From NCBI GenBank assembly GCA_964505005.1, contig CAZDFQ010000003.1, positions 1-62,222 of the forward strand: 62,222 nucleotides of DNA, written 5' to 3'. Positions within the stretch are counted from its first letter, which is position 1. Each line of letters opens with the position of its first letter. The stretch is from an uncultured Candidatus Saccharibacteria bacterium (GTDB lineage: Bacteria > Patescibacteriota > Minisyncoccia > UBA6257 > 2-01-FULL-56-20). Under the pieces are notes generated by a model. The model worked only from the letters and a program-made list of their open reading frames with translations. It was not told the DNA's origin and did no database searches. Positions 6,229 to 14,488 of this stretch are shown one piece after another. A program made the position numbers and the translations under genes.

Positions 6229-8049
6229 ATGATTAAAGCTAAGATTGAAAATCTTTTGAAAAATACGATTGGCAAAAGCGAGTTTGAAGTTTTTGTCCCC
6301 GAAAAAGAAGTTTTCGGCCATTACTCGACGAATGCGGCTTTGCGAATAGGAAAAGCCGAGAATAAAAACCCTTCGGAAGTTGCGGGCAAGATAGTTGAGA
6401 AATTAGAAAAAACCGTGCCCAAAGGGTTTTTTGAAAAAATCGAAATCGCCAATCCGGGCTTCATCAATTTCTGGCTGTCAGCGGAAGTTTTACAAAACGA
6501 ACTGAAAGAAATTTCAAGACAAGGAGAAAATTACGGGAGGCAAACCCTTCGACGGATTCGACAAGCTCACCGCAGGCAGGCTCAGGGCAAGAAAGTAATG
6601 GTCGAATTCACCGACCCTAATCCTTTCAAGGAATTTCACATCGGTCATCTTTACAGCAACATCGTCGGCGAAACCTTAAGCCGGTTGCTGGAAGCGAGCG
6701 CGGCGAAAGTCAAAAGAGCCAATTATCAGGGCGATGTGGGCTTGCATGTGGCCAAAGCGGTCTGGGGGATGAGGAAAGAAATGGAGCGGCAGAAATTGAG
6801 TTTGAAAAAACTGGAGAGTAAGCCGCTCGATTTTCGGATTAAATTTATGGGTTCGGCTTATGCCAAAGGCAACCGCGCTTATGAAGAAGACACCACAGCC
6901 AAAGTGGATATTATTGAACTTAATAAGAAAATCTTTTCCCTGCCTGCCTTCGCTGAAGCTTCGACGGCCATCAGGGACAAAGAAATTAAAGCCCTGTATC
7001 AGAAAGGCCGGGCCTGGAGCTTGGCTTATTTTGAAAAAATTTATAAGCGACTCGGCACAAAATTCGATTTTTATTATTTCGAGCGCGAAGTCGGCGAAAC
7101 TGGACTGCAACTCGTAAAAGAAAACATCAAAAAAGGGATTTTTGAAGAAAGCGAAGGTGCCATTGTTTTCCCCGGCGAAAAATACGGCCTCCATCGCCGG
7201 GTGTTCATCAACTCTGAAGGCCTGCCCACTTACGAAGCTAAAGAGCTCGGTTTGGAGACGGCTAAATTCAAGGATTTTCCAGCTGATGCCTACATTGTTG
7301 TCACCGGCAACGAAATTATTGATTACTTCAAAGTGGTGCTGGCGGCTTTGAGGCAGATTAATCCCGGCCTGGAAAAGAAGGTTAAGCACATTGCCCACGG
7401 CATGGTCAGATTCGCTTCGGGCAAAATGTCGAGCAGAAGCGGCGAAGTCATAAAAGTAGAAGAATTGCTGGAGGAAATGAAAAAGCGGGTTTTGAAAATT
7501 ATGGCGTCATCGAGCCGAGGGAATAAAGAGATAGCCGAAGCCGTGGCTTTAGGCGCAGTCAAGTATTCATTTCTTAAAACCAACATCGGCCAGGACATTG
7601 TTTTTGATTTTGAAAAATCATTGAGTTTGAAAGGCGACAGCGGGCCGTATCTTCAATATACTTATGCGCGGTTGCGGAGCATTCTCCGCAAAGCGCCCTC
7701 TCGACTTCGCTCTGGGCAGGCAAGAGATAAGGAAATTTTGCCTTCATTGGTTAAAGGGGAGGAGTTGCGGCTTACCAGAAAAATCATTGAATTTCCGGAC
7801 ATTGTCCGGCAGAGCGCCGAGTCGTTTTCGCCGAATTATCTCGCCAAATATCTTTACGAACTGGCTGATTTGGCCAATCATTACTATGAATCAACGCCGA
7901 TTCTATCCGCCAGAGGCGGACCCGCCTTGGGCGGAAAAGATAAAGACATTAACCGGCGCCGGGCGCGACTGATTCTTATTTCAACGGTCAGTTCGGTTCT
8001 CAAATCAGGACTCGGTCTTTCGGGAATTAAGGCGTTGGAAAGAATCTAA
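6229..8049 (+). CDS. argS: Arginine--tRNA ligase
   Basis: FTDPNPFKEFHIGH (HIGH), KMSSRSG, GDSGPYLQYTYAR; four short repeat-derived insertions. Confidence 0.98.
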   Translation: MIKAKIENLLKNTIGKSEFEVFVPEKEVFGHYSTNAALRIGKAENKNPSEVAGKIVEKLEKTVPKGFFEKIEIANPGFINFWLSAEVLQNELKEISRQGENYGRQTLRRIRQAHRRQAQGKKVMVEFTDPNPFKEFHIGHLYSNIVGETLSRLLEASAAKVKRANYQGDVGLHVAKAVWGMRKEMERQKLSLKKLESKPLDFRIKFMGSAYAKGNRAYEEDTTAKVDIIELNKKIFSLPAFAEASTAIRDKEIKALYQKGRAWSLAYFEKIYKRLGTKFDFYYFEREVGETGLQLVKENIKKGIFEESEGAIVFPGEKYGLHRRVFINSEGLPTYEAKELGLETAKFKDFPADAYIVVTGNEIIDYFKVVLAALRQINPGLEKKVKHIAHGMVRFASGKMSSRSGEVIKVEELLEEMKKRVLKIMASSSRGNKEIAEAVALGAVKYSFLKTNIGQDIVFDFEKSLSLKGDSGPYLQYTYARLRSILRKAPSRLRSGQARDKEILPSLVKGEELRLTRKIIEFPDIVRQSAESFSPNYLAKYLYELADLANHYYESTPILSARGGPALGGKDKDINRRRARLILISTVSSVLKSGLGLSGIKALERI

Positions 8050-8050
8050 T

Positions 8051-8512
8051 ATGTTGATTTCTTTCAGAGAACTTAAACGCCTCCGCAGAAGATTAAAAAA
8101 CAAAAGAATAGTTATTGCTTCCGGCGTATTCGATTTATTTCATATTGGCCATCTTAAGTACCTCAAGAAAGCAAAAGCCTTGGGCGACATCCTGTTTGTA
8201 AATGTAATTGCTGATAAAAGGGTAAAATTCATAAAAGGGGAAGAGCGGCCCATTATTACTCAAAAACAGCGCGCGCAACTTATAAATTCATTAAAATTCG
8301 TTGATTATGTCATAGTGAATCCGACTGTTAATAAAAGTTCAGCAGTCAGCGTTATTAGAATATTACAACCAGATATTTTCGCGGTAAGAACAAAAGAAAG
8401 AGAAAAAGAACTATTGAAGGCTTGCCCGACAATGAAAGTTGTTAGAATTCCAGAAACCAAATTTATCTCGACAACAAAGATTATAGAGAAGATAAAAAGC
8501 GTCACGAAGTAG
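8051..8512 (+). CDS. Cytidylyltransferase-like (RfaE2/TagD-type) nucleotidyltransferase
   Basis: GVFDLFHIGH, RPII, SLKFVDYV, ISTTKII motifs. Confidence 0.85.
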   Translation: MLISFRELKRLRRRLKNKRIVIASGVFDLFHIGHLKYLKKAKALGDILFVNVIADKRVKFIKGEERPIITQKQRAQLINSLKFVDYVIVNPTVNKSSAVSVIRILQPDIFAVRTKEREKELLKACPTMKVVRIPETKFISTTKIIEKIKSVTK

Positions 8513-8524
8513 GGAAATAAAATT

Positions 8525-9034
8525 ATGGATGTTAAGTCTTATCTGTCGCCTAAAACAAGAGTAAAGAAAAGCACAATTGAGGGACAAGGATTGTTTGCTG
8601 TAAAACGAATTAAGAAGAGGGAATTAGTCGGCATTAAAGGCGGGCACATTATTGACTGGAAAACATTGGATAGACACAAAGACATTATCGGCGATTCTTA
8701 TTTGCAGATTGACGATGATTTTGTTCTGGCACCGTTGAAAAAGAGCGAGGTTGAGAAAGTGATGATGTTTTTTAACCATTCCTGCGAGCCGAATGTCGGC
8801 GTGCGCGGCGATATTAGTTTTATAGCAATGCGAGATATTCAGCCAGGCGAGGAATTGACCATTGATTACGCGATGATTGACGATGACTATTACCGGATGA
8901 AATGCAATTGCGGCTTAAAAATCTGCCGCAAAACAATAACCGGCAAGGATTGGAAAAGAAAATATTTACAGAGAAAATACAAAGGATTTTTCTCGGCGTT
9001 CATTCAAAAAAAATCAATAGAATCAGATGACTGA
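8525..9034 (+). CDS. SET-domain protein-lysine methyltransferase-like protein
   Basis: GQGLFA, FFNHSCEPN, GEELTIDY and post-SET CNCGLKIC. Confidence 0.92.
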   Translation: MDVKSYLSPKTRVKKSTIEGQGLFAVKRIKKRELVGIKGGHIIDWKTLDRHKDIIGDSYLQIDDDFVLAPLKKSEVEKVMMFFNHSCEPNVGVRGDISFIAMRDIQPGEELTIDYAMIDDDYYRMKCNCGLKICRKTITGKDWKRKYLQRKYKGFFSAFIQKKSIESDD

Positions 9035-9485
9035 AAACTCTCAATTCAAACCAAAATCCGGACAAATTGATTACACCGACCAGGCCGAGGCGCCGGTGAT
9101 GAATTCCATCGTCAAATTCGGCGACAAAATTCTCCTTTTGAAGCGGAGCAAGAAACTGAAATTTTATCCTGACTGCTGGAGCGGCGTTTCCGGGTTTCTT
9201 GATGATTCAAAAAGCGTCGAGGAAAAGGTTAAAGAAGAACTTAAAGAGGAAATCGGCATCGGCGGGAACGATATTCTTTCTATCAAACCAGGAGAAATGT
9301 TCGAAAGGATTGACCCTGATTACAATAAAAAATGGCTGGTTCATCCGGTTTTAGTGGAACTGAAAACTGACAAAATTGTTTTAAACTGGGAAGCCGAGGA
9401 TTACCACTGGGTCGAGTTGAACGAACTCAAAAATTTCGAGCTCATCCCCGGATTTGATTTGCTTTTAGAAAAATTGCTAACATAA
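9027..9485 (+). CDS. NUDIX hydrolase
   Basis: WSGVSGFLDD…KEELKEEIG degenerate Nudix box; ILLLKRS; EAEDYHWV. Confidence 0.85.
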   Translation: MTENSQFKPKSGQIDYTDQAEAPVMNSIVKFGDKILLLKRSKKLKFYPDCWSGVSGFLDDSKSVEEKVKEELKEEIGIGGNDILSIKPGEMFERIDPDYNKKWLVHPVLVELKTDKIVLNWEAEDYHWVELNELKNFELIPGFDLLLEKLLT

Positions 9486-9535
9486 AAATCTATACTATGA
9501 GACAGCGAATCTAAATCTTATGGTTCGATTTCTAC

Positions 9536-9557
9536 CTGTTATGATAGAGCATAACAG
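9536..9557. promoter_or_regulatory. Palindrome CTGTTATG-N6-CATAACAG upstream of ileS
   Basis: Same half-sites and spacing as the three palindromes around the TrpR-like gene (22378-23153). Confidence 0.55.
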
Positions 9558-9576
9558 CGGTTAAAAAATTATCGCC

Positions 9577-12500
9577 ATGGGAAATAATAATGAAGAGAAA
9601 ACAATGAATTCGGACAATAGCCGCTTCGACCCCTCCAAAGAAGAGGAACGAATCCTCGAATTCTGGGAAAAGAACCGGATTTTTGAAAAATCTTTGGAGA
9701 AAACCAAGAACGGCCAGCCGTTCACTTTTTACGACGGCCCGCCGTTCGCCACTGGCCTGCCGCATTACGGCCATATTCTGGCTTCAACAATTAAAGATGT
9801 GATTCCGCGTTATCAGACGATGAAAGGCCGGTTTGTCCGGCGCCGCTGGGGCTGGGACTGCCATGGCCTGCCGATTGAAGAAGTGGTGGAGCGGCACCTC
9901 GGCATTTCCGGCAAAAAAGAGATTGAAAAAATCGGCATCGGAAAATTCAACGCCATCTGCCGCGAGAAAGTTTTGGAATTCGTTGATGAATGGGGCAAAA
10001 TGGTCCGGCGCATTGCCCGCTGGATTGATTTCGACAACTCCTACAAGACCATGGACCGCGATTATATGGAATCGGTCTGGTGGGCATTCAAAAAAATCTA
10101 TGAAAAAGGACTGGTCTATGAAGGCCGCAAGGTTTTGATGTACTGCCCGCGCTGCGAAACCCCGGTGTCCAATTTCGAAGTGGCGATGGACAATTCTTAT
10201 CAGGATGTAACCGAAGATTCGGTAATAGTGAAGTTCAATCTCAAATCTCAAATCTCAAATCTCAAAATTAAAGAATCAACATATTTCTTGGCCTGGACGA
10301 CTACGCCGTGGACTCTTCCCGGAAATGTAGCTTTAGCAGTAGGAAAAGATATTGATTACGTTATGGTTTCTTTGGGTAGCGAAAAATATATTTTGGCCGA
10401 AGCGCTGGCAGAAAAAATTTTCCAAAAAAGGAATTTTAATGTTTTAGAAAAGTTTAAGGGCGAAAAGCTGATTGGCTTAGAATACGAACCGCTCTTCGAA
10501 ATTTCAGCAGTAAAATCAGAAAAAACTTTTAAAGTTTATCCCGGAGATTTTGTCTCTACCGAAGAAGGTACGGGCATAGTTCATACCGCCGTGGTGTACG
10601 GCGAAGAGGATTACGAATTGGGCCAGAAATTCGGCTTGCCGGTGGAGCCGCTTTTGGATGAAAAGGGGGAATTCAATGACAAGGCGCCGAAATTTTTGCA
10701 AAATGTTTATTTCAAAGATGCGGACGCGAAGATTATCGCTGATTTGGAAAAGCGCGGCTCGATTTTCCAGAAAGAAAAAATCACCCACTCCTATCCGTAC
10801 TGCTGGCGGTGTAACGCTCCACTTTTTTACAATGCTATTCCGGCCTGGTTCATTAATATCCAGAAAATTAAGAAAGAATTGATTGATTCCAACAATCGCG
10901 AGATAAACTGGTTTCCGGAACATTTGAAACACGGCCGCTACGAAAAAAGCGTGGAACAAGCGCCGGACTGGAACATTTCCCGCAACCGCTACTGGGGTAA
11001 TCCGATTCCGGTGTGGAAGTGTGAGCAGGGCTGCCCGCCAATCGTGATTGGTAGCATAAAGGAATTGGGCTTGAGCACCAATACTTTTTATTTTGTCCGC
11101 CACGCCGAAGGTCGGCAGAATGTTTTGGGCATAAACTCATCCTGGCCGGAAAAAGAAGTTTATGATTTGACCGAAGCCGGCGTGATGAGGGCGAAAAAAC
11201 TTGCCGAGCGGCTTAAAGAAACGGGCGGCGTAGATTTGATTTTTTCCTCTGACCTTTTACGCACAAAGCACACCGCCGAGATAATCGGCGAAATTTTGAA
11301 AACACCTGTTCAGCTTGATGAGCGGCTGCGGGAATACAATATCGGTGTTTATAATGGAAAATCTGTCGCCGAACTCCAGTCAGCTTTTCCGTCAAAAACA
11401 CGCTGGACCAAGGCGCCCAAAGGCGGAGAAACCTGGACCCAAGTTCAGAAACGGATGGTGGATTTCATCAAAGAAACCGATAAAAAATACCAAAACAAGA
11501 AAATTCTGGTTGTCGGCCACGGCGACCCCTTGTGGCTGGTGCAGAAGTATTACGGTTCAGAACTGGAATATCCGAAATTCGCCGAGCCGTTCAAAATTGA
11601 GGTGGGTATTGACGATTTGCACCGGCCGTCTATCGACGAAATAGTTCTGAAATGCCCGCAATGCGGCGGCCAGGCGCGGCGCGTCAAAGAAATTTTCGAT
11701 TCCTGGCTGGAGGCCGGTTCAATGCCGTTCGCCGAATACCATTATCCTTTTGACCAGAAAGAAATTTTCGAGTCGCGGCTGCCAGCCCAGTTCGTGGCCG
11801 AATACATTGCCCAGACCCGGGCCTGGTTCTATGTGATGCACGTGGTTTCTTTGATTCTTTTTGGCAAGGCGCCGTTTGAAAATGTGGTGACCACCGGCAC
11901 GATTCTGGCCGAAGACGGCAGTAAAATGTCGAAATCCAAAGGCAATTTTCCCGACCCCTGGGAAGTGATTCAAAAATACGGCGTGGACGCTTTGAGATTC
12001 TATCTGATGAATTCAACGGTAATGAAAGCCGACAATCTTAACTTCAGCGTCCGCGATTTGGAAATTATTTACCGGCGGGTGGTGATGATTTTGTGGAATG
12101 TCGGCAAGTATTTCGACATTTACGCGAGGGAAGCAAAATGGCAAAGAGCAAAGCGCGAAAAGCAAGGCGCACCGAATACTTTGGATAAATGGATACTTGC
12201 TCGGACCAAAGAGCTTGTTGCTGGCGTAACTGGGAACTTGGATAGATACGACACAGTGCAGGCCACGCGGCTGATTGCTGAATATATTGATGACTTGTCC
12301 ACCTGGTATGTGCGCCGCAGCCGCGGCCGGAAAGATTCGGATTTTTTCAACACTCTTTATGAGTCGCTCCTTAAAACCAGCCAGATGATTGCGCCGGTGA
12401 TGCCGTATCTCAGTGAAATTTTGTATTTGAACCTTACGCGCAACTTCGGTGCGGCTGAATACGCGGAGTCAGTGCATTTAAGCGACTGGCCCTTCGATGC

Positions 12501-13086
12501 GACTCAGGACGAGCCAAAGACAGAAAAATTAGACAAAGAAGAAAAAATTCTTCTTGAAAAAATGGCGGTTATTCGCGAAGCGGCCAGTTTGGGTATGGCC
12601 ATCCGCAAGACCAAAAACATCCCCGTGCGCCAGCCGTTGCCAGCCCTTTATTTTTCTTTGAAAGAATCAGGCAACCGCCTGATGACTTTTGAACCGGAAT
12701 TGACGCAGCTCCTTTTAGACGAGCTGAATATTAAAAAATTTGACCCGCTGATTGCCGGCGAGAAAAATGAAAATATAATTATGCTGGAAGGGACAGGCAA
12801 AATTGCCAATTTCTATCTAAATGTTTCGGTTTCCGAAGATTTGTATTTGGAAGGCCTAGTGCGGGCCTTGGAACGCGGCATTCAGGAACTCCGTAAAAAG
12901 CAGGGACTCAAAGTCGGCGAATTAGCCGAACTTTTGTGGAACACCGACGATGAGCAGATTAAAAAAGCCCTCGGCTTGATAAACAAAGAAAAAACTTATC
13001 TTCGCTCATTTAAGCAGGATACTTCGGTAGCGGAAATTTTGGAAGTGGACGGAAAGAAAGTGTTTTTGTCTATTGTTAAGAAATAA
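9577..13086 (+). CDS. ileS: Isoleucine--tRNA ligase (type 2) with an inserted histidine-phosphatase domain
   Basis: FYDGPPFATGLPHYGH, GWDCHGLP, WTTTPWTLP, DWNISRNRYWG, KMSKS; RHAE domain at about 11077-11610. Confidence 0.97.
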   Translation: MGNNNEEKTMNSDNSRFDPSKEEERILEFWEKNRIFEKSLEKTKNGQPFTFYDGPPFATGLPHYGHILASTIKDVIPRYQTMKGRFVRRRWGWDCHGLPIEEVVERHLGISGKKEIEKIGIGKFNAICREKVLEFVDEWGKMVRRIARWIDFDNSYKTMDRDYMESVWWAFKKIYEKGLVYEGRKVLMYCPRCETPVSNFEVAMDNSYQDVTEDSVIVKFNLKSQISNLKIKESTYFLAWTTTPWTLPGNVALAVGKDIDYVMVSLGSEKYILAEALAEKIFQKRNFNVLEKFKGEKLIGLEYEPLFEISAVKSEKTFKVYPGDFVSTEEGTGIVHTAVVYGEEDYELGQKFGLPVEPLLDEKGEFNDKAPKFLQNVYFKDADAKIIADLEKRGSIFQKEKITHSYPYCWRCNAPLFYNAIPAWFINIQKIKKELIDSNNREINWFPEHLKHGRYEKSVEQAPDWNISRNRYWGNPIPVWKCEQGCPPIVIGSIKELGLSTNTFYFVRHAEGRQNVLGINSSWPEKEVYDLTEAGVMRAKKLAERLKETGGVDLIFSSDLLRTKHTAEIIGEILKTPVQLDERLREYNIGVYNGKSVAELQSAFPSKTRWTKAPKGGETWTQVQKRMVDFIKETDKKYQNKKILVVGHGDPLWLVQKYYGSELEYPKFAEPFKIEVGIDDLHRPSIDEIVLKCPQCGGQARRVKEIFDSWLEAGSMPFAEYHYPFDQKEIFESRLPAQFVAEYIAQTRAWFYVMHVVSLILFGKAPFENVVTTGTILAEDGSKMSKSKGNFPDPWEVIQKYGVDALRFYLMNSTVMKADNLNFSVRDLEIIYRRVVMILWNVGKYFDIYAREAKWQRAKREKQGAPNTLDKWILARTKELVAGVTGNLDRYDTVQATRLIAEYIDDLSTWYVRRSRGRKDSDFFNTLYESLLKTSQMIAPVMPYLSEILYLNLTRNFGAAEYAESVHLSDWPFDATQDEPKTEKLDKEEKILLEKMAVIREAASLGMAIRKTKNIPVRQPLPALYFSLKESGNRLMTFEPELTQLLLDELNIKKFDPLIAGEKNENIIMLEGTGKIANFYLNVSVSEDLYLEGLVRALERGIQELRKKQGLKVGELAELLWNTDDEQIKKALGLINKEKTYLRSFKQDTSVAEILEVDGKKVFLSIVKK

Positions 13087-13093
13087 ACTTGGC

Positions 13094-14092
13094 TTAAATC
13101 AATCCCACTTTTTTCTTGACTTCGAGAATTTTTTTCTCGGCAACGGCGGCGGCCTGCTCCGAGCCGGAATCTAAAACAGCTTTTAGCTTATAACTTTTAG
13201 CTGTTAACTCTTTCTTTTTCTTTCGGAAATCGGCGAAGTAGTCGGCGATAAGCCCGGCCAGAGATTTTTTGAATCCGGCATAGCCGGAGGCATAGCCCTG
13301 GCCAGCGAATTTCTTTTCGATTTTTGATATTGGTTCATCCGTGAGCGAGGAGTAAATTTCTAGAAGATTGCTGATGCCTGGCTTCCTTTCGGGGTCGTGC
13401 TTGATTTCTGTTCCGGAGTCAGTGGTGGCCCGGCTGATTTTTCTTTTTATATCTTCCGGCCTATCGTCCAGGAAAAGACAACCCTCGGGCTGGGACTTGG
13501 ACATTTTCTTTTGCGGGTCAGCCAAAGACATCACCCGCGGGGTTTTAGTTAGAATCGGTTTTGGTTCAATGAAAGTTTTGCCGAACCGGTTGTTGAATTT
13601 TCTTGCCAAAGTCCGGGTGAGTTCGAGATGTTGCAGCTGGTCCTCGCCGACCGGGACAAACTTGGCGTCATAAAGCAAAATGTCAGCAGCCATAAGAACA
13701 GGATACATTAGAAGCCCGGAATTTGCCTCTTCTTTTTTAACCATTACTTTGTCTTTATATTGCGTCATCCGCCGCAATTCTCCTTCCGGGGTTATCGTCG
13801 TTAGAAGCCACATAAGCTCGGCGTGGGCAGGAATCTGCGATTGAACAAAAATCGTTGATTTTTTCGGTGTTAGTCCGGCAGCCAGATATTCAGTAGCTAA
13901 TTCTAAAATCTGGTCATATTTTTCTTCCGGTTTGAAATCTTCAGTCAAAGAATGAAGGTCGGCAATAAAAAAATAGCATTGGTATTTATCTGAGTTTTGA
14001 ATTCCCACAAAATTTTTTAACGAACCCAAAAAATTGCCGATATGCAACCGGCCTGTTGGCTGGACTCCGGAGATAAGGATTGGTTTAGCCAT
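13094..14092 (-). CDS. trpS: Tryptophan--tRNA ligase
   Basis: SGVQPTGRLHIGN, YPVLMAADIL, VPVGEDQLQH, KMSKS. Confidence 0.98.
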   Translation of the reverse strand: MAKPILISGVQPTGRLHIGNFLGSLKNFVGIQNSDKYQCYFFIADLHSLTEDFKPEEKYDQILELATEYLAAGLTPKKSTIFVQSQIPAHAELMWLLTTITPEGELRRMTQYKDKVMVKKEEANSGLLMYPVLMAADILLYDAKFVPVGEDQLQHLELTRTLARKFNNRFGKTFIEPKPILTKTPRVMSLADPQKKMSKSQPEGCLFLDDRPEDIKRKISRATTDSGTEIKHDPERKPGISNLLEIYSSLTDEPISKIEKKFAGQGYASGYAGFKKSLAGLIADYFADFRKKKKELTAKSYKLKAVLDSGSEQAAAVAEKKILEVKKKVGLI

Positions 14093-14095
14093 AAA

Positions 14096-14458
14096 TTATT
14101 CAATATGCTCTGCGGCAGTCCCTCTTATCAAATCCTGAATTTCGTTGTAGATGGAAACAAATTTTTCCCGAGAGAGCGTGCCGGCTAAAGATAGGCCGTT
14201 GAGATGTTCGATTAACTCATCCAGTTTTTCGACCGCCCTCTCGTTTTGAGCCGTGACCACATCGTCATAAATATTTTGAGAGAATCTCCCTGTGTATTTA
14301 TTTAGAGGTCTCCGTCTGATTGATTCAATCACTGACTCGATGCCTCCACGATTAAATTTTAAAGCTAGTAGAAAGGTTTCGTTCTCAAAATCAGCGCTCA
14401 TTCCGGTTTCCGGAATAATTTGCATCATTTTTCGCTTTGGCGTCAATTCTTTTTCCAT
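14096..14458 (-). CDS. Hypothetical protein
   Basis: 120-aa ORF filling the gap between rnj and trpS on the same strand. Confidence 0.6.
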   Translation of the reverse strand: MEKELTPKRKMMQIIPETGMSADFENETFLLALKFNRGGIESVIESIRRRPLNKYTGRFSQNIYDDVVTAQNERAVEKLDELIEHLNGLSLAGTLSREKFVSIYNEIQDLIRGTAAEHIE

Positions 14459-14488
14459 TATAACTTTATATCCCGGGTAAGTTGACCT

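Noticed and set aside
6676-7398. 240-aa antisense ORF
   Set aside because: Shadow frame of argS with no recognisable motifs
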